From the NCBI RefSeq assembly GCF_050920415.1, contig NZ_CP169309.1: a stretch of 64,000 bases of DNA, one strand, 5' to 3'. A program made the position numbers and the translations under genes. Below the pieces are notes generated by a model. That model had not been told where the DNA came from. It worked only from the letters and a program-made list of their open reading frames with translations, and did no database searches. Origin of the DNA: Escherichia coli. Lineage in GTDB: Bacteria; Pseudomonadota; Gammaproteobacteria; Enterobacterales; Enterobacteriaceae. This document shows positions 36,701 to 46,773 of the stretch, one piece after another (position 1 is the first letter of the stretch; every line of letters begins with the position of its first letter).

Positions 36701-38293
36701 GCGCGGCTGACTGGAGAGCACGGCGAATGGGGTGTCGTCGCCCATCGAACCGACCGCTTCCTGACCGTTTTCACCCAGTACGCGAATTACGGAGTCCAGC
36801 TCTTCCGCGCTGTAGTTAAACTGTTTCTGGTAGCTGACAAGCGTGTCGTCGTCCAGTTCGCGGCTACCCACTTCTTCATCGGGCAGATCTTCAAACGGTA
36901 CCAGACGGCGGACGTTTTTCTCCATCCACTCTTTATATGGATGGCGGCTTTTCAGATCGTCATCGGTTTCTGCCGAGTGCAGAATACGCCCACTGCGGGT
37001 GTCGATAACCATCAGTTCGCCTGGCCCCACGCGGCCTTTTTCGACCACTTCGTCAGGCTGATAATCCCAGATACCGACTTCAGAGGCGCAGGTGATGAGC
37101 TTATCTTTGGTGATGACGTAGCGCGCCGGACGCAGACCGTTACGGTCGAGGTTACAGGCAGCAAAACGACCATCGGACATCACGATGCCCGCCGGGCCAT
37201 CCCACGGCTCCATATGCATGGAGTTAAAGTCAAAGAAGGCACGCAGTTCCGGGTCCATATCCGGGTTGTTCTGCCAGGCGGGTGGTACTAACAGACGCAT
37301 GGCGCGGATGATATCCATCCCGCCCGCCAGCAGCAGTTCCAGCATGTTATCCATGGAACTGGAGTCAGAGCCGGTTTCGTTGACGAACGGCGCGGCGTCG
37401 TGCAGGTCAGGGATCAGCGGTGTCTGGAATTTATAGGTACGCGCGCGCGCCCATTGGCGGTTACCGGTGATGGTGTTGATTTCACCGTTATGCGCCAGGT
37501 AGCGGAACGGCTGTGCCAGCGGCCAGCGCGGTACGGTGTTAGTGGAGAAGCGCTGGTGGAACAGGCAAATGGCCGATTCCAGACGCAGGTCCGCAAGATC
37601 CAGGTAGAAGCGCGGCAGATCCGCCGGCATACACAGACCTTTATAGATGTTCACCAGATTCGACAGGCTACAGACGTAGAAGTCTTTGTCAGCTTCGAGA
37701 CGCTTTTCAATGCGGCGGCGGGCGATAAACAGACGGCGCTCCATATCGCGCGGACGCCAACCTGCCGGGGCGTTCACAAAAATTTGCTCAATGCGTGGCA
37801 GAGAGGAGAGGGCGATTTCACCCAGCACGCCTTCGTTAGTGGGGACATCACGCCAGCCGACAATCGACAACGTTTCGCGTTGCAGCTCTTCTTCAACGAT
37901 GCGGCGTGCGGTCGCGGCGAGTTCAGGATCTTTATTCAGGAAAAGCATCCCGACGGCGTAGTTTTTCGCTAAACGCCAGCCTCGCTCCTGCGCAACAATG
38001 TGAAAAAAGCGATCCGGTTTTTGTAACAGCAAGCCGCAACCGTCACCGGTTTTACCATCGGCGAGAATCGCGCCACGGTGCTGCATGCGGGCCAGTGCGT
38101 GTATTGCAGTACGCACTACCTTGTGGCTAGGTTCGCCTTCTATGTGGGCGATCAGGCCGAAACCACAGTTATCCCTCTCAAGGGATTTATCGTACAACAT
38201 ATCGTGAACCTCCCCCAGGCTCTGCGGGAACCCCACTTCCGAACCGCTGCGCACGGGCACAGAAAGAGCGTGGCGACGGGGTTTGCGTTTCAT
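33740..38293 (-). CDS. gltB: Glutamate synthase large subunit
   Basis: about 1517-aa ORF from MKRKPRRHALS...; amidotransferase Cys in ...LERDNCGFGLIAHIEGE; the ORF track extends 5 codons further to 38308. Confidence 0.96.
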   Translation of the reverse strand: MKRKPRRHALSVPVRSGSEVGFPQSLGEVHDMLYDKSLERDNCGFGLIAHIEGEPSHKVVRTAIHALARMQHRGAILADGKTGDGCGLLLQKPDRFFHIVAQERGWRLAKNYAVGMLFLNKDPELAATARRIVEEELQRETLSIVGWRDVPTNEGVLGEIALSSLPRIEQIFVNAPAGWRPRDMERRLFIARRRIEKRLEADKDFYVCSLSNLVNIYKGLCMPADLPRFYLDLADLRLESAICLFHQRFSTNTVPRWPLAQPFRYLAHNGEINTITGNRQWARARTYKFQTPLIPDLHDAAPFVNETGSDSSSMDNMLELLLAGGMDIIRAMRLLVPPAWQNNPDMDPELRAFFDFNSMHMEPWDGPAGIVMSDGRFAACNLDRNGLRPARYVITKDKLITCASEVGIWDYQPDEVVEKGRVGPGELMVIDTRSGRILHSAETDDDLKSRHPYKEWMEKNVRRLVPFEDLPDEEVGSRELDDDTLVSYQKQFNYSAEELDSVIRVLGENGQEAVGSMGDDTPFAVLSSQPRIIYDYFRQQFAQVTNPPIDPLREAHVMSLATSIGREMNVFCEAEGQAHRLSFKSPILLYSDFKQLTTMKEEHYRADTLDITFDVTKTTLESTVKELCDKAEKMVRSGTVLLVLSDRNIAKDRLPVPAPMAVGAIQTRLVDQSLRCDANIIVETASARDPHHFAVLLGFGATAIYPYLAYETLGRLVDTHAIAKDYRTVMLNYRNGINKGLYKIMSKMGISTIASYRCSKLFEAVGLHDDVVGLCFQGAVSRIGGASFEDFQQDLLNLSKRAWLARKPISQGGLLKYVHGGEYHAYNPDVVRTLQQAVQSGEYSDYQEYAKLVNERPATTLRDLLAITPGENAVNIADVEPASELFKRFDTAAMSIGALSPEAHEALAEAMNSIGGNSNSGEGGEDPARYGTNKVSRIKQVASGRFGVTPAYLVNADVIQIKVAQGAKPGEGGQLPGDKVTPYIAKLRYSVPGVTLISPPPHHDIYSIEDLAQLIFDLKQVNPKAMISVKLVSEPGVGTIATGVAKAYADLITIAGYDGGTGASPLSSVKYAGCPWELGLVETQQALVANGLRHKIRLQVDGGLKTGVDIIKAAILGAESFGFGTGPMVALGCKYLRICHLNNCATGVATQDDKLRKNHYHGLPFKVTNYFEFIARETRELMAQLGVTRLVDLIGRTDLLKELDGFTAKQQKLALSKLLETAEPHPGKALYCTENNPPFDNGLLNAQLLQQAKPFVDERQSKTFWFDIRNTDRSVGASLSGYIAQTHGDQGLAADPIKAYFNGTAGQSFGVWNAGGVELYLTGDANDYVGKGMAGGLIAIRPPVGSAFRSHEASIIGNTCLYGATGGRLYAAGRAGERFGVRNSGAITVVEGIGDNGCEYMTGGIVCILGKTGVNFGAGMTGGFAYVLDESGDFRKRVNPELVEVLSVDSLAIHEEHLRGLITEHVQHTGSQRGEEILANWSTFATKFALVKPKSSDVKALLGHRSRSAAELRVQAQ

Positions 38294-38874
38294 ACGCGCG
38301 CCTCGCATTCGCCCCCTTGTTGTCCTTTTCGCATCGATTAATACGGTGAAGAGGGGATCTCAATTACTGCATAAATATGATGAGCAGGCTGCTCATCCAG
38401 AAAGCTTCCAGCGGATTTCCAACTTATCGGGAAAGCTGATACAGGTCAAATGGCAAGCTTATTGGTACAGAAATGTGCTTTAGCGCAAAATTCTTTATTA
38501 ATTCATTGAAATTAAAAAGGATTTGTTAATTAAGTTGAAAAGAGGCGTCGTTAGGGAAGCAGTCATTTCCTGACTGTCATAAAGGCGTGTTAACCCTTAT
38601 CCTGCCTTGAACTGATGAGAAAACCAGCATTTTATACTGCCTTAATTGGTAATGACGTTTCATGCTACTGTTTTTGCCTAAAATCCATAAGGAGATAAAA
38701 AAATCTGACACAAGATAAGCAAAAGTGATTTATGTGATTATGCATGAAATTTCGGTAATTTTGATTGATTATGCAATTGATAAAAGCAGGCTGGGACGAT
38801 TGATCCAGGTCATCGCCGAATTGAGCTAAAAATGGCAGGCTTTGGCCTCTTTTCAAGGCGCGGTCTATCAGATT

Positions 38875-39804
38875 ATGCAGTTACAGAAATTAGTCAATAT
38901 GTTTGGTGGTGATCTCACCCGTCGTTATGGGCAAAAGGTGCATAAGCTGACGCTGCACGGCGGTTTTAGCTGCCCTAACCGTGACGGTACCATCGGGCGT
39001 GGTGGCTGCACATTCTGTAATGTTGCCTCGTTTGCCGATGAAGCGCAGCAGCATCATTCCATTGCCGAGCAACTGGCGCACCAGGCGAATTTAGTTAACC
39101 GCGCTAAACGCTATCTGGCCTACTTTCAGGCGTATACCAGCACCTTTGCCGAAGTTCAGGTGCTGCGTTCTATGTATCAGCAGGCGGTGAGCCAGGCCAA
39201 TATTGTCGGTTTGTGTGTTGGTACCCGCCCGGACTGCGTGCCGGATGCGGTGCTGGATCTGCTTTGCGAATATAAAGACCAGGGCTACGAAGTGTGGCTG
39301 GAGCTGGGGCTACAAACCGCCCACGACAAAACGCTGCATCGCATCAATCGCGGTCATGATTTTGCCTGCTATCAGCGCACGACGCAGCTGGCGCGTGAGC
39401 GCGGGCTGAAGGTGTGTTCTCACTTAATTGTCGGCCTGCCTGGAGAAGGGCAGGCTGAATGTTTGCAAACGCTGGAGCGAGTGGTTGAAACCGGCGTGGA
39501 CGGCATAAAGCTGCATCCGCTACATATAGTAAAAGGCAGCATTATGGCGAAAGCCTGGGAAGCGGGGCGTTTGAACGGTATTGAACTGGACGATTACACG
39601 CTCACTGCCGGAGAAATGATTCGCCATACGCCACCGGAAGTGATCTACCACCGCATTTCCGCCAGCGCCCGTCGCCCGACGCTGCTTGCTCCGCTGTGGT
39701 GCGAAAATCGATGGACGGGAATGGTCGAGCTGGATCGCTATCTGAATGAACATGGCGTACAGGGATCGGCGCTGGGACGTCCGTGGCTACCTCCAACGGA
39801 GTAG
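38875..39804 (+). CDS. yhcC: Radical SAM family protein YhcC
   Basis: 309-aa ORF from MQLQKLVNMFGG...; cysteine-rich GGFSCPNRDGTIGRGGCTFC region; divergent from gltB. Confidence 0.88.
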   Translation: MQLQKLVNMFGGDLTRRYGQKVHKLTLHGGFSCPNRDGTIGRGGCTFCNVASFADEAQQHHSIAEQLAHQANLVNRAKRYLAYFQAYTSTFAEVQVLRSMYQQAVSQANIVGLCVGTRPDCVPDAVLDLLCEYKDQGYEVWLELGLQTAHDKTLHRINRGHDFACYQRTTQLARERGLKVCSHLIVGLPGEGQAECLQTLERVVETGVDGIKLHPLHIVKGSIMAKAWEAGRLNGIELDDYTLTAGEMIRHTPPEVIYHRISASARRPTLLAPLWCENRWTGMVELDRYLNEHGVQGSALGRPWLPPTE

Positions 39805-39899
39805 GCCATTGAGGGGAATTCCGCATTTCTCACACAATTTATAACGTAACTGTCAGAATTGGGTATTATTGGGGCAGGTTGTCGTGAAGGAATTCCCTA

Positions 39900-42236
39900 A
39901 TGAAGCAAATTCGTCTGCTGGCGCAGTATTATGTTGACCTGATGATGAAGTTAGGTCTGGTGCGCTTCTCAATGTTGCTGGCGCTGGCCCTCGTCGTTCT
40001 TGCCATTGTGGTACAAATGGCAGTGACCATGGTGCTGCATGGTCAGGTCGAAAGCATTGATGTTATTCGTTCTATCTTCTTTGGTTTGCTGATTACGCCG
40101 TGGGCGGTCTACTTTCTATCGGTGGTCGTCGAGCAACTGGAGGAGTCACGACAACGTCTGTCACGGCTGGTGCAAAAACTGGAGGAGATGCGCGAGCGCG
40201 ATTTGAGCCTCAACGTTCAGTTAAAAGATAATATTGCCCAGCTAAATCAGGAAATTGCCGTTCGTGAAAAAGCGGAAGCAGAACTGCAGGAAACCTTCGG
40301 CCAACTGAAAATTGAAATTAAAGAGCGCGAAGAGACACAAATTCAGCTCGAGCAGCAATCCTCATTCTTACGTTCCTTCCTTGATGCTTCACCCGACCTG
40401 GTTTTTTATCGTAACGAAGATAAAGAGTTTTCCGGCTGTAACCGCGCGATGGAGCTGCTGACCGGAAAAAGCGAAAAACAACTGGTTCATTTAAAACCTG
40501 CTGATGTTTACTCACCGGAAGCCGCTGCGAAAGTCATTGAAACCGATGAAAAAGTGTTCCGTTATAATGTGTCACTGACCTATGAGCAGTGGCTGGATTA
40601 TCCCGACGGACGCAAAGCCTGCTTTGAAATCCGTAAAGTGCCGTACTACGACCGCGTGGGTAAACGTCACGGTTTAATGGGTTTTGGTCGCGACATTACC
40701 GAGCGTAAGCGGTATCAGGATGCACTTGAACGCGCCAGCCGCGACAAAACAACGTTTATCTCCACCATCAGTCACGAATTGCGTACACCGCTGAACGGTA
40801 TCGTCGGCCTGAGCCGCATTCTGCTGGATACTGAACTTACCGCTGAGCAGGAAAAATATCTCAAAACCATCCATGTTTCTGCCGTCACGCTGGGGAATAT
40901 CTTCAACGATATTATCGACATGGATAAGATGGAACGGCGCAAGGTCCAGCTTGATAATCAGCCGGTTGATTTCACCAGCTTCCTTGCCGACCTGGAAAAT
41001 CTCTCCGCATTGCAGGCGCAACAGAAAGGATTGCGCTTTAATCTGGAGCCGACGCTGCCATTACCGCATCAGGTCATTACCGACGGGACGCGTTTACGGC
41101 AGATCCTGTGGAATCTCATCAGTAACGCCGTCAAATTCACCCAGCAAGGCCAGGTTACCGTGCGCGTGCGCTACGATGAAGGCGATATGCTGCATTTTGA
41201 AGTGGAAGACTCTGGTATCGGCATTCCGCAGGATGAGCTGGATAAAATCTTCGCCATGTATTACCAGGTGAAAGACAGTCATGGCGGTAAACCTGCCACT
41301 GGCACCGGTATTGGTCTGGCCGTTTCTCGTCGTCTGGCGAAAAATATGGGCGGCGATATTACGGTTACCAGCGAACAGGGCAAAGGTTCCACCTTTACGT
41401 TGACGATCCACGCACCATCGGTGGCTGAAGAGGTCGATGATGCGTTTGACGAAGACGATATGCCTTTACCGGCGCTGAATGTGCTGCTAGTAGAGGACAT
41501 TGAACTGAACGTGATTGTCGCGCGTTCTGTGCTGGAAAAATTAGGAAACAGCGTTGATGTCGCCATGACCGGCAAGGCGGCGCTGGAGATGTTTAAACCG
41601 GGTGAATACGACCTGGTGTTGCTGGATATTCAGTTGCCAGATATGACCGGGCTGGATATCTCTCGTGAACTGACGAAGCGATATCCGCGCGAGGATTTAC
41701 CACCGCTGGTAGCCTTAACCGCTAACGTGCTGAAAGACAAACAAGAGTACCTCAATGCTGGAATGGATGATGTGCTGAGTAAGCCGCTTTCTGTTCCGGC
41801 GCTAACCGCGATGATCAAGAAATTCTGGGATACCCAGGATGATGAGGAGAGTACGGTGACGACAGAAGAGAACAGTAAATCAGAAGCATTGCTCGATATT
41901 CCCATGCTGGAACAGTATCTCGAACTTGTAGGACCGAAGTTGATCACCGATGGGTTAGCGGTGTTTGAGAAGATGATGCCGGGATATGTCAGCGTGCTGG
42001 AGTCGAATCTGACGGCGCAGGATAAAAAAGGCATTGTTGAGGAAGGACATAAAATTAAAGGTGCGGCGGGGTCAGTGGGGTTACGCCATCTGCAACAGCT
42101 GGGTCAGCAAATTCAGTCTCCTGACCTTCCAGCCTGGGAAGATAACGTCGGTGAATGGATTGAAGAGATGAAAGAAGAGTGGCGTCACGACGTAGAAGTA
42201 CTGAAAGCGTGGGTGGCAAAAGCTACTAAAAAATGA
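39900..42236 (+). CDS. arcB: Aerobic respiration control sensor kinase ArcB (hybrid histidine kinase)
   Basis: 778-aa ORF: TM region, PAS, HisKA H-box (ISHELRTPLN), HATPase, receiver and HPt domains. Confidence 0.96.
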   Translation: MKQIRLLAQYYVDLMMKLGLVRFSMLLALALVVLAIVVQMAVTMVLHGQVESIDVIRSIFFGLLITPWAVYFLSVVVEQLEESRQRLSRLVQKLEEMRERDLSLNVQLKDNIAQLNQEIAVREKAEAELQETFGQLKIEIKEREETQIQLEQQSSFLRSFLDASPDLVFYRNEDKEFSGCNRAMELLTGKSEKQLVHLKPADVYSPEAAAKVIETDEKVFRYNVSLTYEQWLDYPDGRKACFEIRKVPYYDRVGKRHGLMGFGRDITERKRYQDALERASRDKTTFISTISHELRTPLNGIVGLSRILLDTELTAEQEKYLKTIHVSAVTLGNIFNDIIDMDKMERRKVQLDNQPVDFTSFLADLENLSALQAQQKGLRFNLEPTLPLPHQVITDGTRLRQILWNLISNAVKFTQQGQVTVRVRYDEGDMLHFEVEDSGIGIPQDELDKIFAMYYQVKDSHGGKPATGTGIGLAVSRRLAKNMGGDITVTSEQGKGSTFTLTIHAPSVAEEVDDAFDEDDMPLPALNVLLVEDIELNVIVARSVLEKLGNSVDVAMTGKAALEMFKPGEYDLVLLDIQLPDMTGLDISRELTKRYPREDLPPLVALTANVLKDKQEYLNAGMDDVLSKPLSVPALTAMIKKFWDTQDDEESTVTTEENSKSEALLDIPMLEQYLELVGPKLITDGLAVFEKMMPGYVSVLESNLTAQDKKGIVEEGHKIKGAAGSVGLRHLQQLGQQIQSPDLPAWEDNVGEWIEEMKEEWRHDVEVLKAWVAKATKK

Positions 42237-42348
42237 CCCCGGCTAGACCGGGGTGCGCGAATACTGCGCCAACACCAGGGAAATCTTGGCTGCGCCGTAA
42301 ATTATTATGATGAGTTACAAGGGCACAGCACTGTTTTTCAGGCCGCAC
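42228..42348 (-). ncRNA. arcZ: ArcZ small RNA (Hfq-dependent), overlapping arcB 3' end in antisense
   Basis: Minus-strand sequence GTGCGGCCTGAAAAACAGTGCTGTGCCC...CCCCGGTCTAGCCGGGGTCATTTTTT recognised as ArcZ, including its 3' terminator; lies between arcB and elbB. Confidence 0.8.
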
Positions 42349-42465
42349 GCAGTTAAGATAGCAAAACTTAAATGATTTGTTACATGAATCAGTTAAATGT
42401 GTGATGCGTAGCATTTTTATTAAAAAAATTAATGTGTTTCAGTCAATTGCGAAAGGATGATCACA

Positions 42466-43119
42466 ATGAAGAAAATTGGCGTAATTCTGAGCGGATGCGG
42501 CGTCTATGACGGTTCTGAAATTCATGAAGCGGTGTTGACGTTGTTAGCTATTTCACGCAGCGGTGCGCAGGCGGTCTGCTTTGCACCGGATAAGCAGCAG
42601 GTTGATGTTATCAACCATTTAACTGGCGAAGCGATGACGGAAACGCGCAATGTGCTGATTGAAGCGGCACGAATAACGCGCGGTGAAATCCGTCCTCTGG
42701 CTCAGGCCGATGCCGCTGAACTGGATGCGTTGATTGTGCCGGGGGGGGTTGGCGCGGCGAAGAATTTAAGCAATTTTGCCAGTCTTGGTAGCGAATGCAC
42801 CGTTGACCGTGAATTAAAGGCGCTGGCACAAGCGATGCATCAGGCCGGAAAACCGCTTGGTTTTATGTGTATTGCCCCGGCGATGCTGCCGAAAATTTTC
42901 GATTTCCCGCTGCGTTTGACCATCGGTATTGATATCGATACCGCAGAAGTGCTGGAAGAGATGGGCGCGGAGCATGTGCCGTGTCCTGTCGATGATATCG
43001 TGGTTGATGAAGACAATAAGATTGTCACCACCCCGGCATATATGCTTGCGCAGAACATTGCAGAAGCGGCGAGCGGCATTGATAAGCTGGTTTCCCGCGT
43101 GCTGGTTCTGACTGAATGA
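42466..43119 (+). CDS. elbB: DJ-1/PfpI-family glyoxalase ElbB
   Basis: 217-aa [24 protein letters not shown]... Confidence 0.92.
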   Translation: MKKIGVILSGCGVYDGSEIHEAVLTLLAISRSGAQAVCFAPDKQQVDVINHLTGEAMTETRNVLIEAARITRGEIRPLAQADAAELDALIVPGGVGAAKNLSNFASLGSECTVDRELKALAQAMHQAGKPLGFMCIAPAMLPKIFDFPLRLTIGIDIDTAEVLEEMGAEHVPCPVDDIVVDEDNKIVTTPAYMLAQNIAEAASGIDKLVSRVLVLTE

Positions 43120-43844
43120 GTAAAAGCCGCTTAACGGTGTTTAGTTTCGTTCGCCGTTTTCTTCTACGGTTAATGGTTGTCCTCGCCGTTTTCTGGGGCG
43201 GGGGCATCGCGTTGTTTAGCGTTGCGCCTGTTCCTTTCTCAGCGGTAATGGCCGAGCGACAAGTCAGCGCCTGGCTGCATGGCAATTTTCGTTACGTGGC
43301 ACATTCTGACTGGGTCAGTATGGATCAAATCTCGCCGTGGATGGGACTGGCGGTGATTGCCGCAGAAGATCAGAAGTTTCCTGAGCACTGGGGCTTTGAT
43401 GTCGCTTCCATTGAGCAAGCCCTGGCGCACAACGAGCGCAATGAAAACCGTATTCGCGGCGCATCAACGATTTCTCAGCAAACAGCCAAAAATCTCTTTT
43501 TATGGGATGGACGTAGCTGGGTACGAAAAGGGTTGGAAGCCGGATTAACGCTGGGGATAGAAACAGTCTGGAGCAAAAAGCGTATCCTGACGGTTTACCT
43601 GAATATCGCCGAATTTGGCGACGGTGTGTTTGGCGTCGAAGCTGCGGCACAACGTTATTTCCACAAACCCGCGAGCAAACTTACCCGGTCGGAAGCTGCG
43701 TTACTGGCTGCCGTATTACCTAATCCACTGCGTTTCAAAGTCTCCGCGCCATCGGGCTATGTGCGTAGCCGTCAGGCGTGGATTTTACGGCAGATGTATC
43801 AGTTAGGCGGTGAGTCGTTTATGCAACAACACCAGCTGAATTAA
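43116..43844 (+). CDS. mtgA: Monofunctional peptidoglycan glycosyltransferase
   Basis: 242-aa ORF with N-terminal TM and transglycosylase motifs ([23 protein letters not shown]); 4-nt overlap with elbB. Confidence 0.94.
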   Translation: MSKSRLTVFSFVRRFLLRLMVVLAVFWGGGIALFSVAPVPFSAVMAERQVSAWLHGNFRYVAHSDWVSMDQISPWMGLAVIAAEDQKFPEHWGFDVASIEQALAHNERNENRIRGASTISQQTAKNLFLWDGRSWVRKGLEAGLTLGIETVWSKKRILTVYLNIAEFGDGVFGVEAAAQRYFHKPASKLTRSEAALLAAVLPNPLRFKVSAPSGYVRSRQAWILRQMYQLGGESFMQQHQLN

Positions 43845-44473
43845 GCTTCGCGCGAAGTGAGGGCCAGCGTTTTGCTCTCACGTGGTTGCAGATCTTTCTG
43901 TAGGGCAATAGCCAGTGCCGGCTGGGCGATAAACCGTTTCCATAACCGCTCTTGCTTTCGCTGACAACACCACTTTGACCAGGTCGCCAGTGGAATCAAC
44001 GTGCTTTCACCAATGTTGTCGCAGACGACGGGGATAACCTCTGACTCACTGATGCGGTGACAGAGGATATTCTGCGGCTTCAACGACATCGTCACGATAT
44101 GGTTATCCTGCAAATAACGTTTCAGCTGTTTCAGTAACTGGCGCAGCTGTGCAACGTCTTCTTCGTAACGGCATTGTTCTGCAAATTCGGTCAGCGTAAC
44201 GGAGGGCTTACCGTCGAAATCGGCAATCACATCGTAGACATAACCCGTTCCGCAATCCGTCTCCACGGTACCGTGATAGCGCGGTATTCCACTCCAGTCT
44301 TTTAACCGGCGACCAAGATGCGCGTAATACTTTAACTCACGGCGGATCTCTTTATCACCACCATCACCACGGTGGTAGACAATCTTGATACAGCGTTGGG
44401 CATCTTCCGGATGCGCATAGCATTTCCGATGTCTTCCGGTGCCCAGGGGATTTTGTTCAGATAAGCGAATCAT
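43841..44473 (-). CDS. yrbL: PhoP-regulated protein YrbL
   Basis: 210-aa ORF from [24 protein letters not shown]...; convergent and 4-nt overlapping with mtgA; the ORF track extends to 44530. Confidence 0.85.
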   Translation of the reverse strand: MIRLSEQNPLGTGRHRKCYAHPEDAQRCIKIVYHRGDGGDKEIRRELKYYAHLGRRLKDWSGIPRYHGTVETDCGTGYVYDVIADFDGKPSVTLTEFAEQCRYEEDVAQLRQLLKQLKRYLQDNHIVTMSLKPQNILCHRISESEVIPVVCDNIGESTLIPLATWSKWCCQRKQERLWKRFIAQPALAIALQKDLQPRESKTLALTSREA

Positions 44474-44685
44474 ACCATCTCCTGGAAATATTTTCTGACG
44501 ATCTCCAGTATGGTCGAATAACTTAAACAAAACCTAAACAATGCCTCTTAAGGTTTTCTTAAGGTTCTTCTGAAAGTGAAAAGCGCACAAAATGTACAAT
44601 TTCCGTCATTAATAACGATTTCAGTACGCGCTTTTTTTATTGTCGGGGGGAGCTTGAAGGGATTTGTATGTCAAAGTGATGAAAA

Positions 44686-44958
44686 TTAATCTTCATCAAA
44701 ACCAGAGTTAAAGAGGGCGATAACGGCGGCCAGTGCTTCCTCTTCCTGTGGACCGGTCGCTTCGACTTCAATCTGCCGTCCTTTGGCAGAATCCAGCATC
44801 AGCAGCGCAATAACGCTGTTGGCTTCAGCTTCAGTGCCTTCATCGTTACGTAACAGCACTTCAGCGTCAAAACCCTGCATTAATTCAAACAGCTTCATTG
44901 CAGGCCGGGCATGCATGCCCAGCTTGTTTGTGATTTCAACAGTTTGCTTGACGGTCAT
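44686..44958 (-). CDS. ptsO: Phosphocarrier protein NPr (nitrogen PTS)
   Basis: 90-aa HPr-like [23 protein letters not shown]. Confidence 0.94.
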
Positions 44959-45809
44959 GGTTTACGTTTTTCCAGCGTACGATGGCGTGACTGGACGTTT
45001 TTACCGCGTGAACGGAAGTAGTCTGCCAACTGCTCTGCAATATACACCGAACGGTGCTTCCCGCCAGTACAACCAATGGCGACCGTCAGGTAGCTACGGT
45101 TGTTGGTTTCCAGCATAGGTAACCATAGCTCAAGATAGCTTCGCGTCTGGTAAATAAAATTGTGTACTTCTGTGTGGCGGTCGAGGAACGCGGCGACAGG
45201 CTTATCAAGACCTGTCATCGGACGCAGTTTTGGATCCCAGTGCGGGTTCGGCAAGAAGCGCACGTCAAAGACGTAATCTGCATCGATAGGGATACCGTGT
45301 TTGAAGCCGAAAGACTCAAAGACCATGGTCAGTTCGCGTTCACGTTTACCCAGTAAACGGGTACGCAACATTTCTGCCAGCTCGTGAACGGACATTTCTG
45401 AGGTATCGACAATCAGATCCGCTCGCGAACGCAGTGGTTCCAGTAGATCGCTTTCTTTGTCGATAGCACTTTCCAGCGACAGGTTTTTGCTGGAAAGCGG
45501 ATGCAGGCGGCGCGTGTCACTGTAACGACGAATTAAGGTATTACGGTCGGCATCCAGGAACAGGAGTTGCGGTGAGAAAGCGTCAGGTAGGTTACTCATC
45601 GCCTGTTCGAATATTTCTGGTGACTCCGGCATATTACGAACATCAATGCTGACGGCGGCAGAAATCTCGCGATCGGCCAGAGTTCGAGCCAGATCGGGTA
45701 ACAACACTACGGGGAGGTTATCCACGCAGTAAAAACCCATATCTTCCAGAGCACGAAGGGCGACAGATTTACCTGAACCTGAACGTCCGCTGACGATCAT
45801 CAGTACCAT
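44955..45809 (-). CDS. rapZ: RNase adaptor protein RapZ (YhbJ), P-loop NTPase
   Basis: 284-aa [36 protein letters not shown] (Walker A GRSGSGKS). Confidence 0.94.
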
Positions 45810-45854
45810 GTACTGTTTCTCCTCACAACGTCTAAAAGAGACATTACCGAATAA

Positions 45855-46346
45855 CTACGCTTCATCCGGAGTACCTTCGGTATCCGTAATGATTTGATAC
45901 AGCTCTTCATCGCTCTGGGCTGCGCGTAAACGGCGGCAGATGGTTTTATCCGCCAGACGTTTCGCTACCAGCGACAGAGTATGCAGGTGCGTTTTGGTTT
46001 GGTCAGCTGGAACCAGCAACGCAAACAGTAAATCTACCGGTTGGTTGTCAATGGCATCGAAAGCTATGGGCGTTTCGAGCTGAACGAAAACGCCAACGGC
46101 GCGCAGAGTATCTTCTTCCAGTTTGCCATGCGGAATGGCTATACCATTGCCGATACCGGTACTGCCCATTTTTTCCCGCGTCAGGATAGCTTCAAAAACC
46201 ACCTGAGGCGGCAGGCTAAGTTGTTTCGCCGCCAGCTCGCTGATGATTTCCAGGGCGCGTTTTTTGCTCTGACAGTGGACGCGGCTTCGCGTACATTCCC
46301 TGTTAAGAACAGTGCTAAGCTGTAGAGTTGTATCATTATTTGTCAT
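45855..46346 (-). CDS. ptsN: Nitrogen PTS enzyme IIA (PtsN)
   Basis: 163-aa ORF from MTNNDTTLQLS...; active-site His in IAIPHGK; the ORF track extends upstream to 46370. Confidence 0.93.
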   Translation of the reverse strand: MTNNDTTLQLSTVLNRECTRSRVHCQSKKRALEIISELAAKQLSLPPQVVFEAILTREKMGSTGIGNGIAIPHGKLEEDTLRAVGVFVQLETPIAFDAIDNQPVDLLFALLVPADQTKTHLHTLSLVAKRLADKTICRRLRAAQSDEELYQIITDTEGTPDEA

Positions 46347-46463
46347 AATTTCACCTAAGAACCTGCTCACTCAAACGGTGGAACAGGTTCGGAGCATTAA
46401 CTGTACAAATGGCCCGTTGTGCCGCACAACAGGCCGCCATGCACATGCTAATTGCCCGGACAA

Positions 46464-46751
46464 TTAGTGTTGTTTCAGTTTATCTTTATGTTTGGTCAAC
46501 TGGCGTGCCAGCTTATCAATTAAGCCATCAATGGCAGCGTACATGTCCTGACCTTCCGCGCTGGCATGAATTTCACCACCGTTTACATGCAGTGTTGCAT
46601 CTGAGGTATGGGTGACTTTCTCCACTTTCAGAACAACATAGACCTGGTTGATTCGGTCAAAATATTGCTCAAGTTTGGCAAATTTAGCAGTAACAAATTC
46701 GCGCAGTGCCTCGGTGATCTCGACGTTATTTCCGGTAATGTTGAGCTGCAT
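46464..46751 (-). CDS. hpf: Ribosome hibernation promoting factor
   Basis: 95-aa ORF MQLNITGNNVEITEALREFV...; the ORF track extends upstream to 46835. Confidence 0.93.
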   Translation of the reverse strand: MQLNITGNNVEITEALREFVTAKFAKLEQYFDRINQVYVVLKVEKVTHTSDATLHVNGGEIHASAEGQDMYAAIDGLIDKLARQLTKHKDKLKQH

Positions 46752-46773
46752 AGTGTCTTCCTTATCGGTTGGG

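Noticed and set aside
36557-37291. 244-aa plus-strand ORF (and 35990-36553, 37400-37972) antisense to gltB
   Set aside because: They fall entirely within the highly conserved gltB coding region on the opposite strand; shadow ORFs.
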